From: Gnetum montanum
Taxonomy: Eukaryota; Plantae; Gnetophyta
DNA length: 64,000 nucleotides
Assembly: GCA_015680685.1 (NCBI GenBank)
Contig: MNCI01000967.1
Span: 418,458 to 482,457 of the forward strand
Direction: 5' to 3'
The notes under the pieces were generated by a model. The model had not been told where the DNA came from. It saw only the letters and a list, made by a program, of their open reading frames with translations, and ran no database searches. Shown one piece after another: positions 52,341 to 64,000 of this stretch. The position numbers and the translations under genes were made by a program. Position 1 is the first letter of the stretch; every line of letters starts with the position of its first letter.

Positions 52341-54323
52341 TTATTTGTTATGACCAAATGATTCAAGAAGATCTATAACTATCTTCAATTGGGATTCTGT
52401 CTCTTCAATAGTAGCATCTACTTTGCTAAGCACTGCTTTACATCCAACCAGTCCATCACATAGCTATTTGATATATTTGGTCACACGTCTCACTGCAACT
52501 ACTGATTCTTCCTATCTTTAAAGTTGAGTTTTCAACATTTCCATTTGTACTGATCGATCATCCATGTCTCTTTACTATTCTTTTTCCTTTCTCTATAGAA
52601 ACAAAATTTAAATTATGAGTTATAAATAAATCAAAAAACCAAAAGGAGGAAAAAGAGAAAAATATATATATTACCTAAAATCAATCATTATCAATTTGAA
52701 AAAAAATGTGCATGAGTATCCAAATGACGAGCATAACATGTTGTACTTTCCAACTCTCCTAAGAGTTGCTCCAGACTATGTACAGCATCTAGAGCCACCT
52801 TAAGAATTGGATGCCAAGATGATGGAAGTCCAGCCTGTACTATATCATAATTTTCTTTGAAATTGCATGATTGTGACTCCTGTAGATGATAGACATCTTC
52901 ATGAATATAATAGGGTTTGTTGTCTAAAATTTGTTGATTAATATGCCAAAGAAGCACAAGTTCTTCTTCAGTAGCTACCACTATCTTTTCCATAGAATAA
53001 GAAGAACTAGAGATAGAGAAAGAAGAAACCACAGGAATAGATTTAGAAATTATTGTTGGTGATGCCTATGGAAGGAAACCTGTTCTAGGTGTTGAAGGAA
53101 AATAAGGTATGAGTAGTGATCTAGGTGGTGGTGGAATAGGAATCTGTGTAGAAGTAGCACCTACATCACCTCTATCCACCTCTTAGATAAAATATTGTCA
53201 CTTCATAGACCTCTGCAACATAAAAAAGAAATTTATTAAAAAATAATAATAATAAAAGAAAATATAAAAATATATATAAGACATTTAATTTAGTAAATTA
53301 TATTTAAATATATACCTTGGAAGCAGGAACTGTGACTTGTTCTTGCAATTGAACTATACCAAAGGTTGAAATACCTTGAATTTCTTCAACTTGTGCAGAT
53401 TCAACACTCTACATTGGTTCATTTTGCAGCCCAATTTGCACTTTTAAATACATAAAATAAAAAAATAATTAAGAAATAAGAAAATAATAAAAAAACAACA
53501 TGAAAGCCAATTGACCTTTTTTAGCATCCATAATCTTACTCCTTATAACCCTCTCATCTTCAATAAATTCAGAGCACAATCGAGGATCATAATGAGTAAA
53601 ACATTTTTTGGGATGATCATAACTTAAGATCATACACATGATCAAAGGTATACAACATAGAGTATAGGATTTTAAAGGATGTTGGTGGGCAACAGAAATT
53701 TCAGTCATAGCAGTATAAAAAGTAGAGAAACATGATATCGACCAATCATAAACCCTATCAGTTATGGCACCATGAAGTATGAAAATATAATAAGAACTAA
53801 CATTAGATTGTTTTCTATACCATAAAACCTTGCTACTGATGAATAAACATAAGTCAAAATAAGCATCATTAATGAAATCTTTACGAATGAATTGGTTTTT
53901 GCGAATGACAAAATCAGCAACATAATTGGATAATTCCTTCATACACAAAGATTTAAATTATAAAGAATGAGTTGTAGGAATCAACGAATCCTCTCCTGGC
54001 TGAAAACCTAAGATTACTTTGATATTAAGAGGAAGGATTGTTATTGCTCCAAAAACTAATTGAAAAATAGTGCTTTTCTTATTATCATATTGCTCAAACC
54101 ACTCTACAAGAACACCTTTGCAAAAGAAAAGTTTAAAAATTAGGAAAATCAGTAAATCAACCAATCTAGAAGTAGAGAAAAATTGAAAACCATCCTTCCC
54201 AAGCAAGCTACAAACCTAATCAGAAGTAATAAGAACATTATTTTGGTGTAGAAAAATATTAGTAGGTAATAAAGAGTAGCTACTTGAAGGGGCCCGAGGT
54301 GAAGTCTGACATTTGGAAGCCAT
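52341..54323 (-). pseudogene. Multi-exon antisense accessory gene between PBS and gag (hydrophobic N-terminal domain, Pro-rich linker, C-terminal coiled coil)
   Basis: ATG at 54323 (MASKCQTSPRAPSS..); ORFs 53958-54206, 53469-53948, 52691-53032; AT-rich GT-AG gaps at 53213-53315, 52593-52674 and probably 53441-53515; last exon ends ..IDLLESFGHNK* at 52341. Confidence 0.7.
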
Positions 54324-54725
54324 AAATTCTTTATAATAATAAGTTTTCAAACTTCTTTGTAGACAATCTTTTCCTCATTGTGATGAGTAAATCAACTTAC
54401 CTCTTATATTTATAACATAATTATAAAAATGTTAGTAAAATAAAAAAGAAAGTATAACTTAAGATAACAAAAGATTTAATAAAAGTTAACATATACTCTT
54501 TTTTGAGAAAAAAGCTAACATTTACTTTTTGTTTAAGAAGCTAACATTCACTTTTTTTATTTTATGATTTTTAGGTTTACTAAAATGAAGTTATCTATAG
54601 TTTAAGTAAAGAACTCTTTGAGACTATTCCAACGATACCAATTTCATCAAAATATGACTTATGGTTTGAAAGATATGACCACTCTTGTCTTATGTGCAAT
54701 TAAAAATATATATATAATCAGCTTA

Positions 54726-54748
54726 GAGGTCTCGGGTTTGAACCTGAG
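54726..54748 (+). promoter_or_regulatory. tRNA-like variable loop plus T-arm / Pol III B-box hairpin
   Basis: GAGGTCTCGGGTTTGAACCTGAG, restorable to GAGGT-CTCGGG-TTCGAA-CCCGAG. Confidence 0.55.
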
Positions 54749-55358
54749 CCCCAATATTAAGTTTTAATTATATATATATATATATATATTTAAAAAATTA
54801 ATAATAATTTTAAAAAAACTTTACCCCATGGCTAGGCCTACAGCTAGTTGTGGCCAACCATGGCTAGCCACAACCAGTTGCAGTAGGTTGCAGCAAGGCC
54901 ATGGCCAGCTGTGACCAACCACAGTTAGCCATGAGAGAGGGAGGGTCGCAGCCTCAAAAATCTGGCCCTAACAACCAAAGCAACAAAAATCATGTTTTTG
55001 CTATTTTTTTTTATTTTTTTTCTCTCTTTTTTATTTTTTATCACTATTTTTTTCTGCTAGTACCTTTGCCTACCTGCACTGCCCATCACCGCCTCCCCTA
55101 CTGCCCATCATCGCCTCTCACTGCCTATCATTGTCTCTTTTTTTCTACCCATCATCGCCTTCTAGCCATCGAACGGAGCCTAAATTGATCGTCTGTCAAT
55201 TCATGGAAAAATTAATTTTTTCTAACAATTGACAAAAATTTTGAAATTCCCATCAACTTATGGAAATTTTCAAAAAAAAAATTGGGCCGTTAATATTAGT
55301 TTAAGAATAAATATGTGCTTAATTATTTACAAAAATATAAATTGATGCTACAGTAGTA

Positions 55359-55416
55359 ACTTAAGCATGCACGTCCTAGAGTAGAACTGGGATGGGTGAC
55401 CTCTTGGGAAGTCTCG
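55359..55416 (+). promoter_or_regulatory. 5S rRNA-derived segment (A-box, IE, C-box) about 310 nt upstream of gag
   Basis: TTAAGCATGCACGTCCTAGAGTAGAACTGGGATGGGTGACCTCTTGGGAAGTC; about 45/55 matches to the plant 5S consensus by manual alignment, with 3 mismatches in the 36 nt from AGAGTAG to AAGTC. Confidence 0.88.
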
Positions 55417-55724
55417 AAAAACATGAAAATTAGAAAAACTTAAAATGGCTATAACTTTTGAATCTGGAGTCCATTTTCAACTAAACAAAAATCAATTCCA
55501 ACATATTTGAACCTTTCAAAATCAATGGAATGGTCAAATTTAGCTTTTAGATTATAGAAAATTAACTTTTAATTTCTTAATTTAGGTCCCAAAATAATTA
55601 GGATTTGGTGAGAAATCCATAACAATTTCAACTTCTTCCACAACTAACTAAACGATTTAAAATTCCATAAAAGGGCTATAAAGGCTAAGCATTCTCAAAC
55701 ATACCTAATTTCTTCAACTTACCG

Positions 55725-58700
55725 ATGTCCAGAACCTAAAGAATAAACTAGAAAGAAATGGAAGCCCAAGTCAAAGATCGAATGAATTCCCTTAAAGAAC
55801 AAATTAATGAGATTAGGGATGTTCAAGAAGAACTTCGACACTCAAACCAAGGGTTCAAGGCAGAGATGCAAAATATGTCTCAAGAAATTAAGAAATTGTC
55901 CCAAAATTTAGAGGATAAATGGTTCGAAGTATAAGGAAAGATGGATTCCTTTGCTAACTCCATCAAGTAATTAACAAACCACCTTATTCAACCTTCCAAT
56001 CCTACCCATGGTCTACCTAGAGCACAACATCAAGATCACCCTTCCATTAGGAATCCACAACAAACACAACCTCCACCTAATGGACAAGATACTAAAATCC
56101 ACCTTGTAGACTATAGAACTAAAATTGAGAGTGAAGGATATGGAACTAGCTTAATCCATTGAGAAAATCATTAACACAAGTGCATGCTAAGAAAGTAAAA
56201 TTATATCATTATGATGGAGCCCCTAGATCTAGTGCTAAGTCAAAGGATTGGCTTGATACAATGAAAAATTACTCTGATATGTTGAATTTGTCAAGCCATG
56301 AACATCTAGAAGTTATCTCCTTGTATTTAAGAGGACTTGTAGCAACATGGTGGAATGGGTTGATATTTTAAGGTTTGATTACAAGTTGGCTTAATTTTTG
56401 TCAAGATTTTGAACAAAAATTTGTTCCTAATTCTTTTCTCAAAGAGCATAGAATGAGATTTGATTCCTTAAGGTTGGGAAAATGATCTGTAGATGATTAC
56501 TACAAATAATTTTGTGATCTTTCTCGATATATAAGTCATCAGATAAGGGAGAATCAACTTCAAAATTCATTGGAGGATTACATGCTTAATTACATCCACA
56601 AACACAAGCCCATAATCCCCAAACTATTAATAAAGCATATAAAATTGCTAAGGATTACGAGGAATCGAATCAGATAAAAGTGACCCTTCGACAAGCAACT
56701 TTTTGACCAAGCCCTTTTCCACAAGAAATGGTAGAAGAGACACCAACAAAAAAATCTCAACTAGGATTTGGATGTTTCTTTTGTGGTGAGAACCATCTTA
56801 AATGAGATTGCCCAAAATTTCAAGCAAAAATACAAAGGACACACCAAATAAGAAATCAAAAACCAAACCTAAAAATAAACAAAGAAAAAATTCCAACCAC
56901 TACAGCAGCCATCAAGAAGATATCTAGATCGACTAAATTAGGTTTGCAAAAATTTCAATTTGCCTTACTGAACTTTGAAGGTTTAATTAAAGGTAAACAA
57001 ATTAAATTTTTTATTGATAGTGGCGCTAGTGATAACTTTATTTCTCCAAAGTTAATTAATTTATTGAAATTAAGTCTCCCTTCCAAAAAATATTAAGATA
57101 GAATTGGTAGATGGAACAACTGTGAGCAAATATACCAAGTATGGAAAAATAAATTTTACTTTGCAAAATATGCTCTTCATTGATGAATTTTTTGAATTTG
57201 AACTAGGTGAGGTTGATGGCATTTTAGAAATGTCTTTCCTACAAAAATTTTATGTTACTGCCCACTTTGGAACTCATATTTTAAAAGTTTCAACCACACG
57301 AAGTTAGGGTTCTAAGGGTGGTAGGAATAGCAAAGAAAATTCATACAATAACTATTAAGCAAGCTAAAAGATTAGTCAAAAAAAGGTGCTACAATGTTGG
57401 TGGTTAAAGCTATCCAACCTCAAAAACTTTTGAGTGTTGAGATTCCAAATGAACTTAAAGAATATAAAGATTCAGTATTTGGTGAAATTAGAAAATTACC
57501 TCCAAAAAGAATTCTTGAACATGCCATTGATATTTTTCCTGGTACACAACCTGTCTAAAAAGCTCCTTATAGATTTTCTACGTTAGAATTAAGAGAATTA
57601 AAAGTACAATTAGAACAATTATTGGAAGAAGGGAAAATTAGACCCAACGTATCTCCTTGGGGTGCATCAGTTCTATTCGTCAAAAAGAAAGATGGTACTC
57701 TAAGATTATGCATTGATTATAGAGCATTGAATAAAGTGATAATTAAAAATACTTATCTTTTACCTAGAATTGATGATTTATTTGATCAACTTAAGATTGC
57801 ATGTTATTTCTCAAAGATTGATTTAAAATCAAGATATCACCAAATAAGGATTAAGGAGAAAGATATTGGGAAAACTGCTTTTAGAACCATATATGGATTA
57901 TACCAATTTGTTTAGATGTCATTTGGATTAACTAGTGCACTTGCAACATTTATGACACGAGTTGGCCTCTCGGCCAAAATTAATGAATAATATTTTTCAT
58001 GAATATCTTAATCAATTTGTCATAGTATTTATGGATGATATACTCATTTATTCTAAATCAAGAGAAGCACATATCGAACATTTGAAAACTACAATGGAAA
58101 TTCTTAAAGAAAATTAATTAAAAGCTAAATTGAGTAAATGTGAACTCTTTAAGGAAGAAGTCTCATACTTAGGACATATATTTTTCAAGAAAGGATTGCA
58201 AGTGGATCCAACAAAAATTAGTGCGATCCGGGATTGGCTTGAATTAAAAGATGTTACAGTAGTTTGAAGCTTCTTCGGGTTAGCTAATTTTTATCGATGT
58301 TTCATTAAAGATTATTCTATGTTGGTAGCCCAATTAACTAACCTTTTACAAGAGAAACATGAGTTCAAAATTAATGAAAAATGCAGGGAATATTTTCTCC
58401 AATTAAAGATGCTACTTACAACAACACCTATTTTGAGAATTCCAGATGAGGATCTACCATTTGAAGTATCCACAGATGCCTGTGGAATAGGTATTAGTGT
58501 AGTTCTTTCCCAGGAAGATAAAGGGGTATGTTATGAATCTCGTAAATTACGAGGAGCCAAGGTAAATTACTCAACTCATGATTTAGAATTACTAGCAATT
58601 GTTCATGCTCTAAAAGTTTGGAGACATTATCTTTTTGAAAAGAAGTTTGTACTAAAAACATATTATAAAAGTTTAGAATATTTGCAAAGACAACCTATTT

Positions 58701-60265
58701 TCAATCCTCATCAAAGGTGATGGATAGTATTATTAGTAGAATATGATTTTGAAATCAAATATGTTCCTAGCAAAAAAAATGTAGTAGCTGATGCCCTTAG
58801 TTGAATGTGAAATTTAATGATAGGTGTAGTAATAACCCCTATGGAAGAAGAAATTAAGAAACAAATGAAAGAAGACCCTTACTTTAAAAATATTTTAACC
58901 AACATTCCCAATGAGCCTTAATACCAACTCACTTCTAATGGTTTATTGATGAAAGGACAAAGATTATGCATACTAGAAGGAAATTGGAGATTAAAATTAT
59001 TGTGTGAAGCACATAAAGTACCATATGTAGGATCCCCAGGTTATATTAAGACATATATGATAATTCAAAAATCTTATTTTTGGCCTGGAATGAAGAATGA
59101 TGTCTCTACATACCTTAAAAATTTCCCAACATGTTAAAGAATAAAAGCTAAACAAAGAAAACCTAGTGGATTATTACAACCCTTGGAAGTTCCAACCTAG
59201 AAATGGGAAGATATCACTATGGATTTCATTGTGGGAATGCCAGTAACCAAAAAAGAAAATGACTCAATTTTCATAGTAGTTGATTGTCTATCAAAGATGG
59301 CACATTTTATAGCTTCGAAATCTACAAACACAACAAAAGAAATAGCCAAAAAATTCATATGAGAAGTATTTAGATTACATGATTATCCAAAATCTATCAC
59401 TTCAAATACAGATCCTAAATTCATATTCGAATTCTGGAAAAATTTCTTTAGAGAGCTTGGAACTCAATTGAAATTTAGCACAACTTATCATCCTAAAACT
59501 AATGGACAAACTGAATGAGTGAATATAATATTAGAAGATATCCTACAAAGTTATGTTGGGACTAAACCACAAACAAGGGAGAATTATTTGCATCTAGTAT
59601 AATTTTCCTACAATAACAATTATCAATGTTCTATACATCGAACACCATTCAAAGTAGTATATGGACGTAATTATTGTACACCATTAACCTGGGTAGAGCC
59701 AACATTAAGAGCAAAATGGAAGGAAGAACAAATGAAAATAATGAAAAACATTGTCATAAGGGTTAAACAAAATTTGCAAGCTACCCAAGATAAATATAAA
59801 GGATATGTAGATCAACATCGACTTAAAAAAGAATTCCAAGTAGGGGATCAAGTATTGTTGAGAGTAAAACCTACCAAAAGTTCTCTTAAATTAGAAAAAT
59901 ATACTAAATTAGCACCTAGATTTTGTGGACCTTTTGAAATATCTAAAAGAATTGGTGAAGTAGCATATCAACTGAATCTTCTTGAAATCCTAAAATTCAT
60001 CTAGTTTTTCATGTGAGCTTGTTAAAGAAATTTCATGAAAATGATGTACCATATGTATTGGATTGGAATACTTTCCCATTACAATCCAACACTAGCTTTT
60101 AAGTAAAACCCATTACTATTAAATACCAACGAACCAAGAAATTATGAAATAAAACTATAGCGAAGTACTTGTTCAATGGTCAAATTGTGATCAACAAACC
60201 TAGGAAAATAGGGAGTTTATTTTAAATACTTACCCTCAACTTTTTAATCATCCAGATATTGAATG
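55725..60265 (+). pseudogene. pol: Tekay gag-pol (gag, CCHC, PR, RT, RH, IN, chromodomain) with stops and frameshifts
   Basis: CFFCGENHLK*DC (56773-56811); FIDSGASDNFIS (~57010); [31 protein letters not shown] (58028); TDACG; ITMDFIVG; PRFCGPF; chromodomain KL*NKTI..VLVQW..T*E..YPQLF (~60100-60245). Confidence 0.93.
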
Positions 60266-60448
60266 ATAGGTTGAATTTCTTATGGATGTAATAAATTATG
60301 CTTATAAATTTTGATCTTTTATTTATATAGATGATAATGAGGAAAATAAGGGAACTAAAGCTAAGGAGCATAACTATGAAGCAGCCATTAAGTAGCTGAA
60401 TATCGAGGAAGCGCTCGAGGACGAGCTAGATGCTTAAGGGGGGTAGAT

Positions 60449-60960
60449 TGTAATGTCCCATCCCTTGTTAAGGGTGGAAACAATTGTAAACAATGTAATT
60501 AACCTTCTAATGAAGGGATACCTCGTTATGAGGAGTTATGACTATTCATGTATCCCTTGGGAAAGGGTTTGACCTATGCTATTTAAGGTTGGGGTTAGAG
60601 GTCGTGCTGGCATGGAGTTGCAGAGCCTGAAGAGGTGAGTAACAGGAGCTGAATGAAGTGGGATAGGAAGGGGACTAGCCCACCCTTTTAGCTGGGTTAT
60701 AGGCCTAACCGTGTGGCAATGTTGGATTGCCTCTAAGGCTTAAGTGGCATAAGAAGACAACCAAAAGGGTGTTACAATACTCTCTTCCATTAATACAATT
60801 CTTCCATTTTTCTTTCCTTGTTTAATTCTTTAGTAACAATTATTTATTTGCTAATTTATTCATTAATTAAGTATTTATAATCTTTCCAATATGTTATCCA
60901 TAATGAATATAATATATTAGGCATTCGTATTTTTATGACATCTGAGAATGGGATGTGACA
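60449..60960 (+). repeat. 3' LTR of the Tekay element
   Basis: TGTAATGTCCCAT...ATGGGATGTGACA; carries a ~16-nt block near 60602-60617 that is absent from the 5' LTR. Confidence 0.93.
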
Positions 60961-61768
60961 ACATGCAATAAGATAGAAAAAATCAAAAGAGGACTTGAGC
61001 ATCACTTGGAAAGAGAAAGAAATAGAAGAATCAATCTTTTTTCTTATTTTTTTGAATTGATAGACGGATGTACTATTTTTTATCCCAATTCATTAATCTT
61101 TTAATTCATTTTCTGGTTGTCTTCAGTGAGAAGCATCTCTTTAATGAATCCTAGCATGACCCCATTATATTTGTATAAATTTAAAGGCAATATGATGATC
61201 TAACACTTTGGTATTCAAGGTAATAAAGTAGTTTTATACATTTTTTTATTCCAATCTCTAGTATTTCACCATTCCTTCCATAAATTTTTACATTCCATTA
61301 ATCTCTATCAAATTTACATTATTTTCTCTCTTACATATAGCAATTCATTCAAATATTTGCAACTTTCTCATCTTCATATTAACTTTACTTTACATTGCAA
61401 CTACTATAACTTTGCATTCCATTTCTATTTATGATAGAAGATCATCAATTAATAAGTTTTTCATCACCAAAATAGAAGTTGAGAAGTTATCATCATGTTT
61501 GTAACATCCTCCTACCTAACCTTAGGTTGGGAAGTATTATGTTAGGTAAAAATCCCTAATGAATTGAAACACCCCAAAGAAAATTCATGTTGTAGTTTAA
61601 AAGCTCATAGCCAAGACCTTTTGTTGTAATTTGGTGAAATTGTAAGCATAGAAACAATTACCTTATTTCCCTAAAAAAATCTTGTATTTTAGCATTATAT
61701 TGATGGAATTTAAGTAGTTTTTAATGTAAAAATTAAGATGTGTAGCCCACATGCTATAGATCTCATGC

Positions 61769-61910
61769 ATTCCAACTTGTGGAGGCTAAAAATGCTCCAC
61801 AAGCTATAAATTCCTTGTATTCCAACTTTTGGAAGTTAAAAAATGCTTCACAAGCTACAAATTCCATGTATTCCAGCTTGTGAGGATTAAAAAGCACTTT
61901 ATAGGCTATG
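61769..61910. repeat. About three copies of a ~50-bp unit containing an inverted repeat
   Basis: ATTCCAACTTGTGGAGGCTAAAAATGCTCCACAAGCTATAAATTCCTTGT and two diverged copies. Confidence 0.75.
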
Positions 61911-62885
61911 AAAATTGATATTTTCATCTAAAACGATGAGCATCTTGGTCCCACATGTTGAGTAACCTGTTGGGGCAGCATGTGAGACTTGGGCTTTAAT
62001 CCCAAACATTGGGTAGTGGGTGAGGGTAGTGTGTGGAGGGTGAAAACTAGCTAAAATTGCTCACACATTATATGGAGATGTTTCAAGCATAGTAAAGTTT
62101 GCTAGAAATCTATTAGTAATCATGGTAGAATTAACTAGCAACAAATTAGAGATCCATGACCTATTTAAATATACTTCATTGTAAAAAATTTTTTGATCAT
62201 TTTGGCTTTTAACTAAACTTGAGACTTTCAAAGTAGTGTAGATCTCCAAGAGTACACAACCATTTCTTCCCCAGTGTAGATTAAAGTAATAGAGAAAACC
62301 TATGATGAGCAAAGTTCAAAGAGAATCATATGGGATATTTGAAGATAGATCTGATTGCAGAACACATTCTACTATCTCCATCAAATTTCAAGAATTTTCT
62401 TTAAGCTCATGAACATTTGAAGCTCACAACTTGTATTCTCTAAAATTTTGTTTCTGTAAATTTTTGACCATTTTAATATGAGGTTTCAGTTTCTAGTGTT
62501 TGCTACATTTGCTCCATACTTCTCTGTACTTGGATCTAGCATTTTGATCATGATTTCATACATTTTCAATTTTTTATTTCATATTTTAGTAATATATCTT
62601 TAAGTCCTCAATCAATTGGAAAGATTTTTGATGTGCCTTGGATTCTTTTCAAAGGCCTATGGATCTAGTATCAAATTGTTTCACATGGAAATTCTTAGTC
62701 CTCTAGCACCAATTTTTTCCATCTCTATAGTTCCCACTACTAGAAGTAGAGCCTTTACCTAACACCTTCACTAAAGGCTGCTACAAAAATTATTTCCACT
62801 AGTGTTTCCCTTAGCTTGTGATCCTTCCAAAATCTAGGATGTGGCTCTACAACTAATCTTATTTGTAGAAACTTGCATAGTTGGC

Positions 62886-63125
62886 TTTGGATTTTTCCAA
62901 AATCCATCATGTGATCTTAGAACCTACAATTTTTTACAATAACCTTGTAAATTTATGTTGTGTTTTCCTAAAAAACCATTGTGTGGCCATATAACCAATG
63001 TTATTTGCAGTTTTTACATCTGTTTGGATTTTCTTAAAATCCATCATGTGGCCTAGAAATCAAAGTTATTTTCAATAATTATTTAACTTTATTTGGATTT
63101 TCTTAAAGTTCATCATGTGGCCTAG
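62886..63125. repeat. Three dispersed copies of TTTGGATTTTCTTAAAATCCATCATGTGGCCTAG
   Basis: Copies near 62886, 63022 and 63092. Confidence 0.65.
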
Positions 63126-63411
63126 TAGCCTATCTTGTCAACAATGATTTTTATTTTAAGTTTTTTAGTCATAGTGGGCAGCTATTCTTCCATTCCCTGT
63201 ACTTTATACTACAAAAATTATTTTAATTTTTTCTAACGTAATACACAATGCTATCATAGCCATTGCACTACCTATGCAGTTACAATGCTTATTGCAATCT
63301 CTATTTCTACCATTTACATCTTTCATTTTCTCAACCAGTACCCTTTCATAAATTTTTAAAAATAAATAGTTTGTAGTTGTAGTGTTGTTAAGGCTATATA
63401 GTCTCACAAAC

Positions 63412-63500
63412 TGAGACTTTCACATGCTAGACAATCCCACATGTTAAGACTTCCACGCACTAGATAGCTTACATGCTAAGACTCCCACATGTTGGGCAAT
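63412..63500. repeat. Short degenerate tandem repeat (~33-bp period, GACTCCCACATG core)
   Basis: GACTTTCACATGCTAGAC.., GACTTCCACGCACTAGAT.., GACTCCCACATGTTGG. Confidence 0.55.
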
Positions 63501-64000
63501 TAACACACTAAGATACTTGGCCAATTCTTTGGTCTACCATCCTATTTATTGCTTTTCACTGTTCAATGGTCTTATCTCAGAATATAACACACATGGCCCC
63601 TAACTAAGAAGCATTTCATGTCTATGATCCTAAAGATCCCACAGTCATAGAATGTAGATAATCTCTTATATGGAGGTGATAAGAACAAGAATTTATGATC
63701 ATTAATAAGGAATAATATAACTTCATTTATGCTAAAATCTAGGTAGGCCTCCTCATTTAATGCTTACAATATGATGCCAAATGTCAATTCAAAATAATTG
63801 ATTGAAATAGAAAAGAGTATCTTCCCTAGTCCTATGACCAGATACACCTAACAAACTTTTTCACACATGCATTAACACAAATAATAGACATTGATGAGAT
63901 TAGTGAGAAGATTAGTTTGGATGAAAACCAAGAGGACCAGGATGAGTTCAAGGGGGAACATGAACCAAACTCATTAATGGATGACCTTTTCTATTAGTCA

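Larger units (their letters stand above)
51638..60960 (+). mobile_element. Complete Tekay/Del-type chromovirus (Ty3/gypsy), decayed, inserted in the copia LTR
   Basis: LTRs 51638-52134 and 60449-60960; TSD ACATG at 51633-51637 and 60961-60965; PBS TGGTATCGAAGC at 52137-52148; PPT AAGGGGGGTAGA at 60436-60447; chromodomain at the end of pol. Confidence 0.95.

Noticed and set aside
54726-54748. tRNA gene (also 45668-45690)
   Set aside because: No acceptor stem, D-arm or A-box; only a T-arm-like hairpin
55359-55416. Functional 5S rRNA gene or Cassandra element (also 46913-46969)
   Set aside because: The 5' half and 3' end of 5S are missing, there is no tandem array, and the segment is single and internal rather than in paired short LTRs
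61206-61221. PBS after the copia LTR, implying a tandem element
   Set aside because: TGGTATTCAAGG is only a partial match and no gag follows; the LTR end at 61205 is itself tentative

Overview
AT-rich, repeat-saturated land-plant nuclear DNA with no intact host gene. Heavy C-to-T decay is consistent with a large, strongly methylated genome, possibly a gymnosperm (inference). The window is a stack of nested, decayed transposons: the 5' half of a Tat-like Ty3/gypsy (1-6298, -); a copia 5' fragment; a degenerate Athila (7859-13016, -); a SIRE-like copia carrying a solo LTR (TSD CCTCT); and a Helitron2/Helentron-type Rep pseudogene (~19.4-22.9 kb, -). That Helitron is split by a two-LTR Athila (22906-41613, TSD ATCTT), which is itself interrupted by a gag-protease-only element with ~3.3-kb LTRs. 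Each of those long LTRs carries an intron-containing captured BAHD acyltransferase fragment. A contig between the two N bases (36026-36832) is assembled in reverse. To the right lie a non-autonomous Tekay relative (44237-47396), an intronless, divergent CCR4/nocturnin-family deadenylase pseudogene (47637-48793), a copia pol remnant, and a complete Tekay chromovirus (51638-60960, TSD ACATG). The best candidate for a new system is this Tekay family. Between PBS and gag it carries a multi-exon antisense accessory gene plus a Pol III-type module, made of a tRNA B-box hairpin and the A-box/IE/C-box segment of 5S rRNA. The same module is retained in the diverged non-autonomous relative. All family assignments come from motif recognition by eye, not from database searches.
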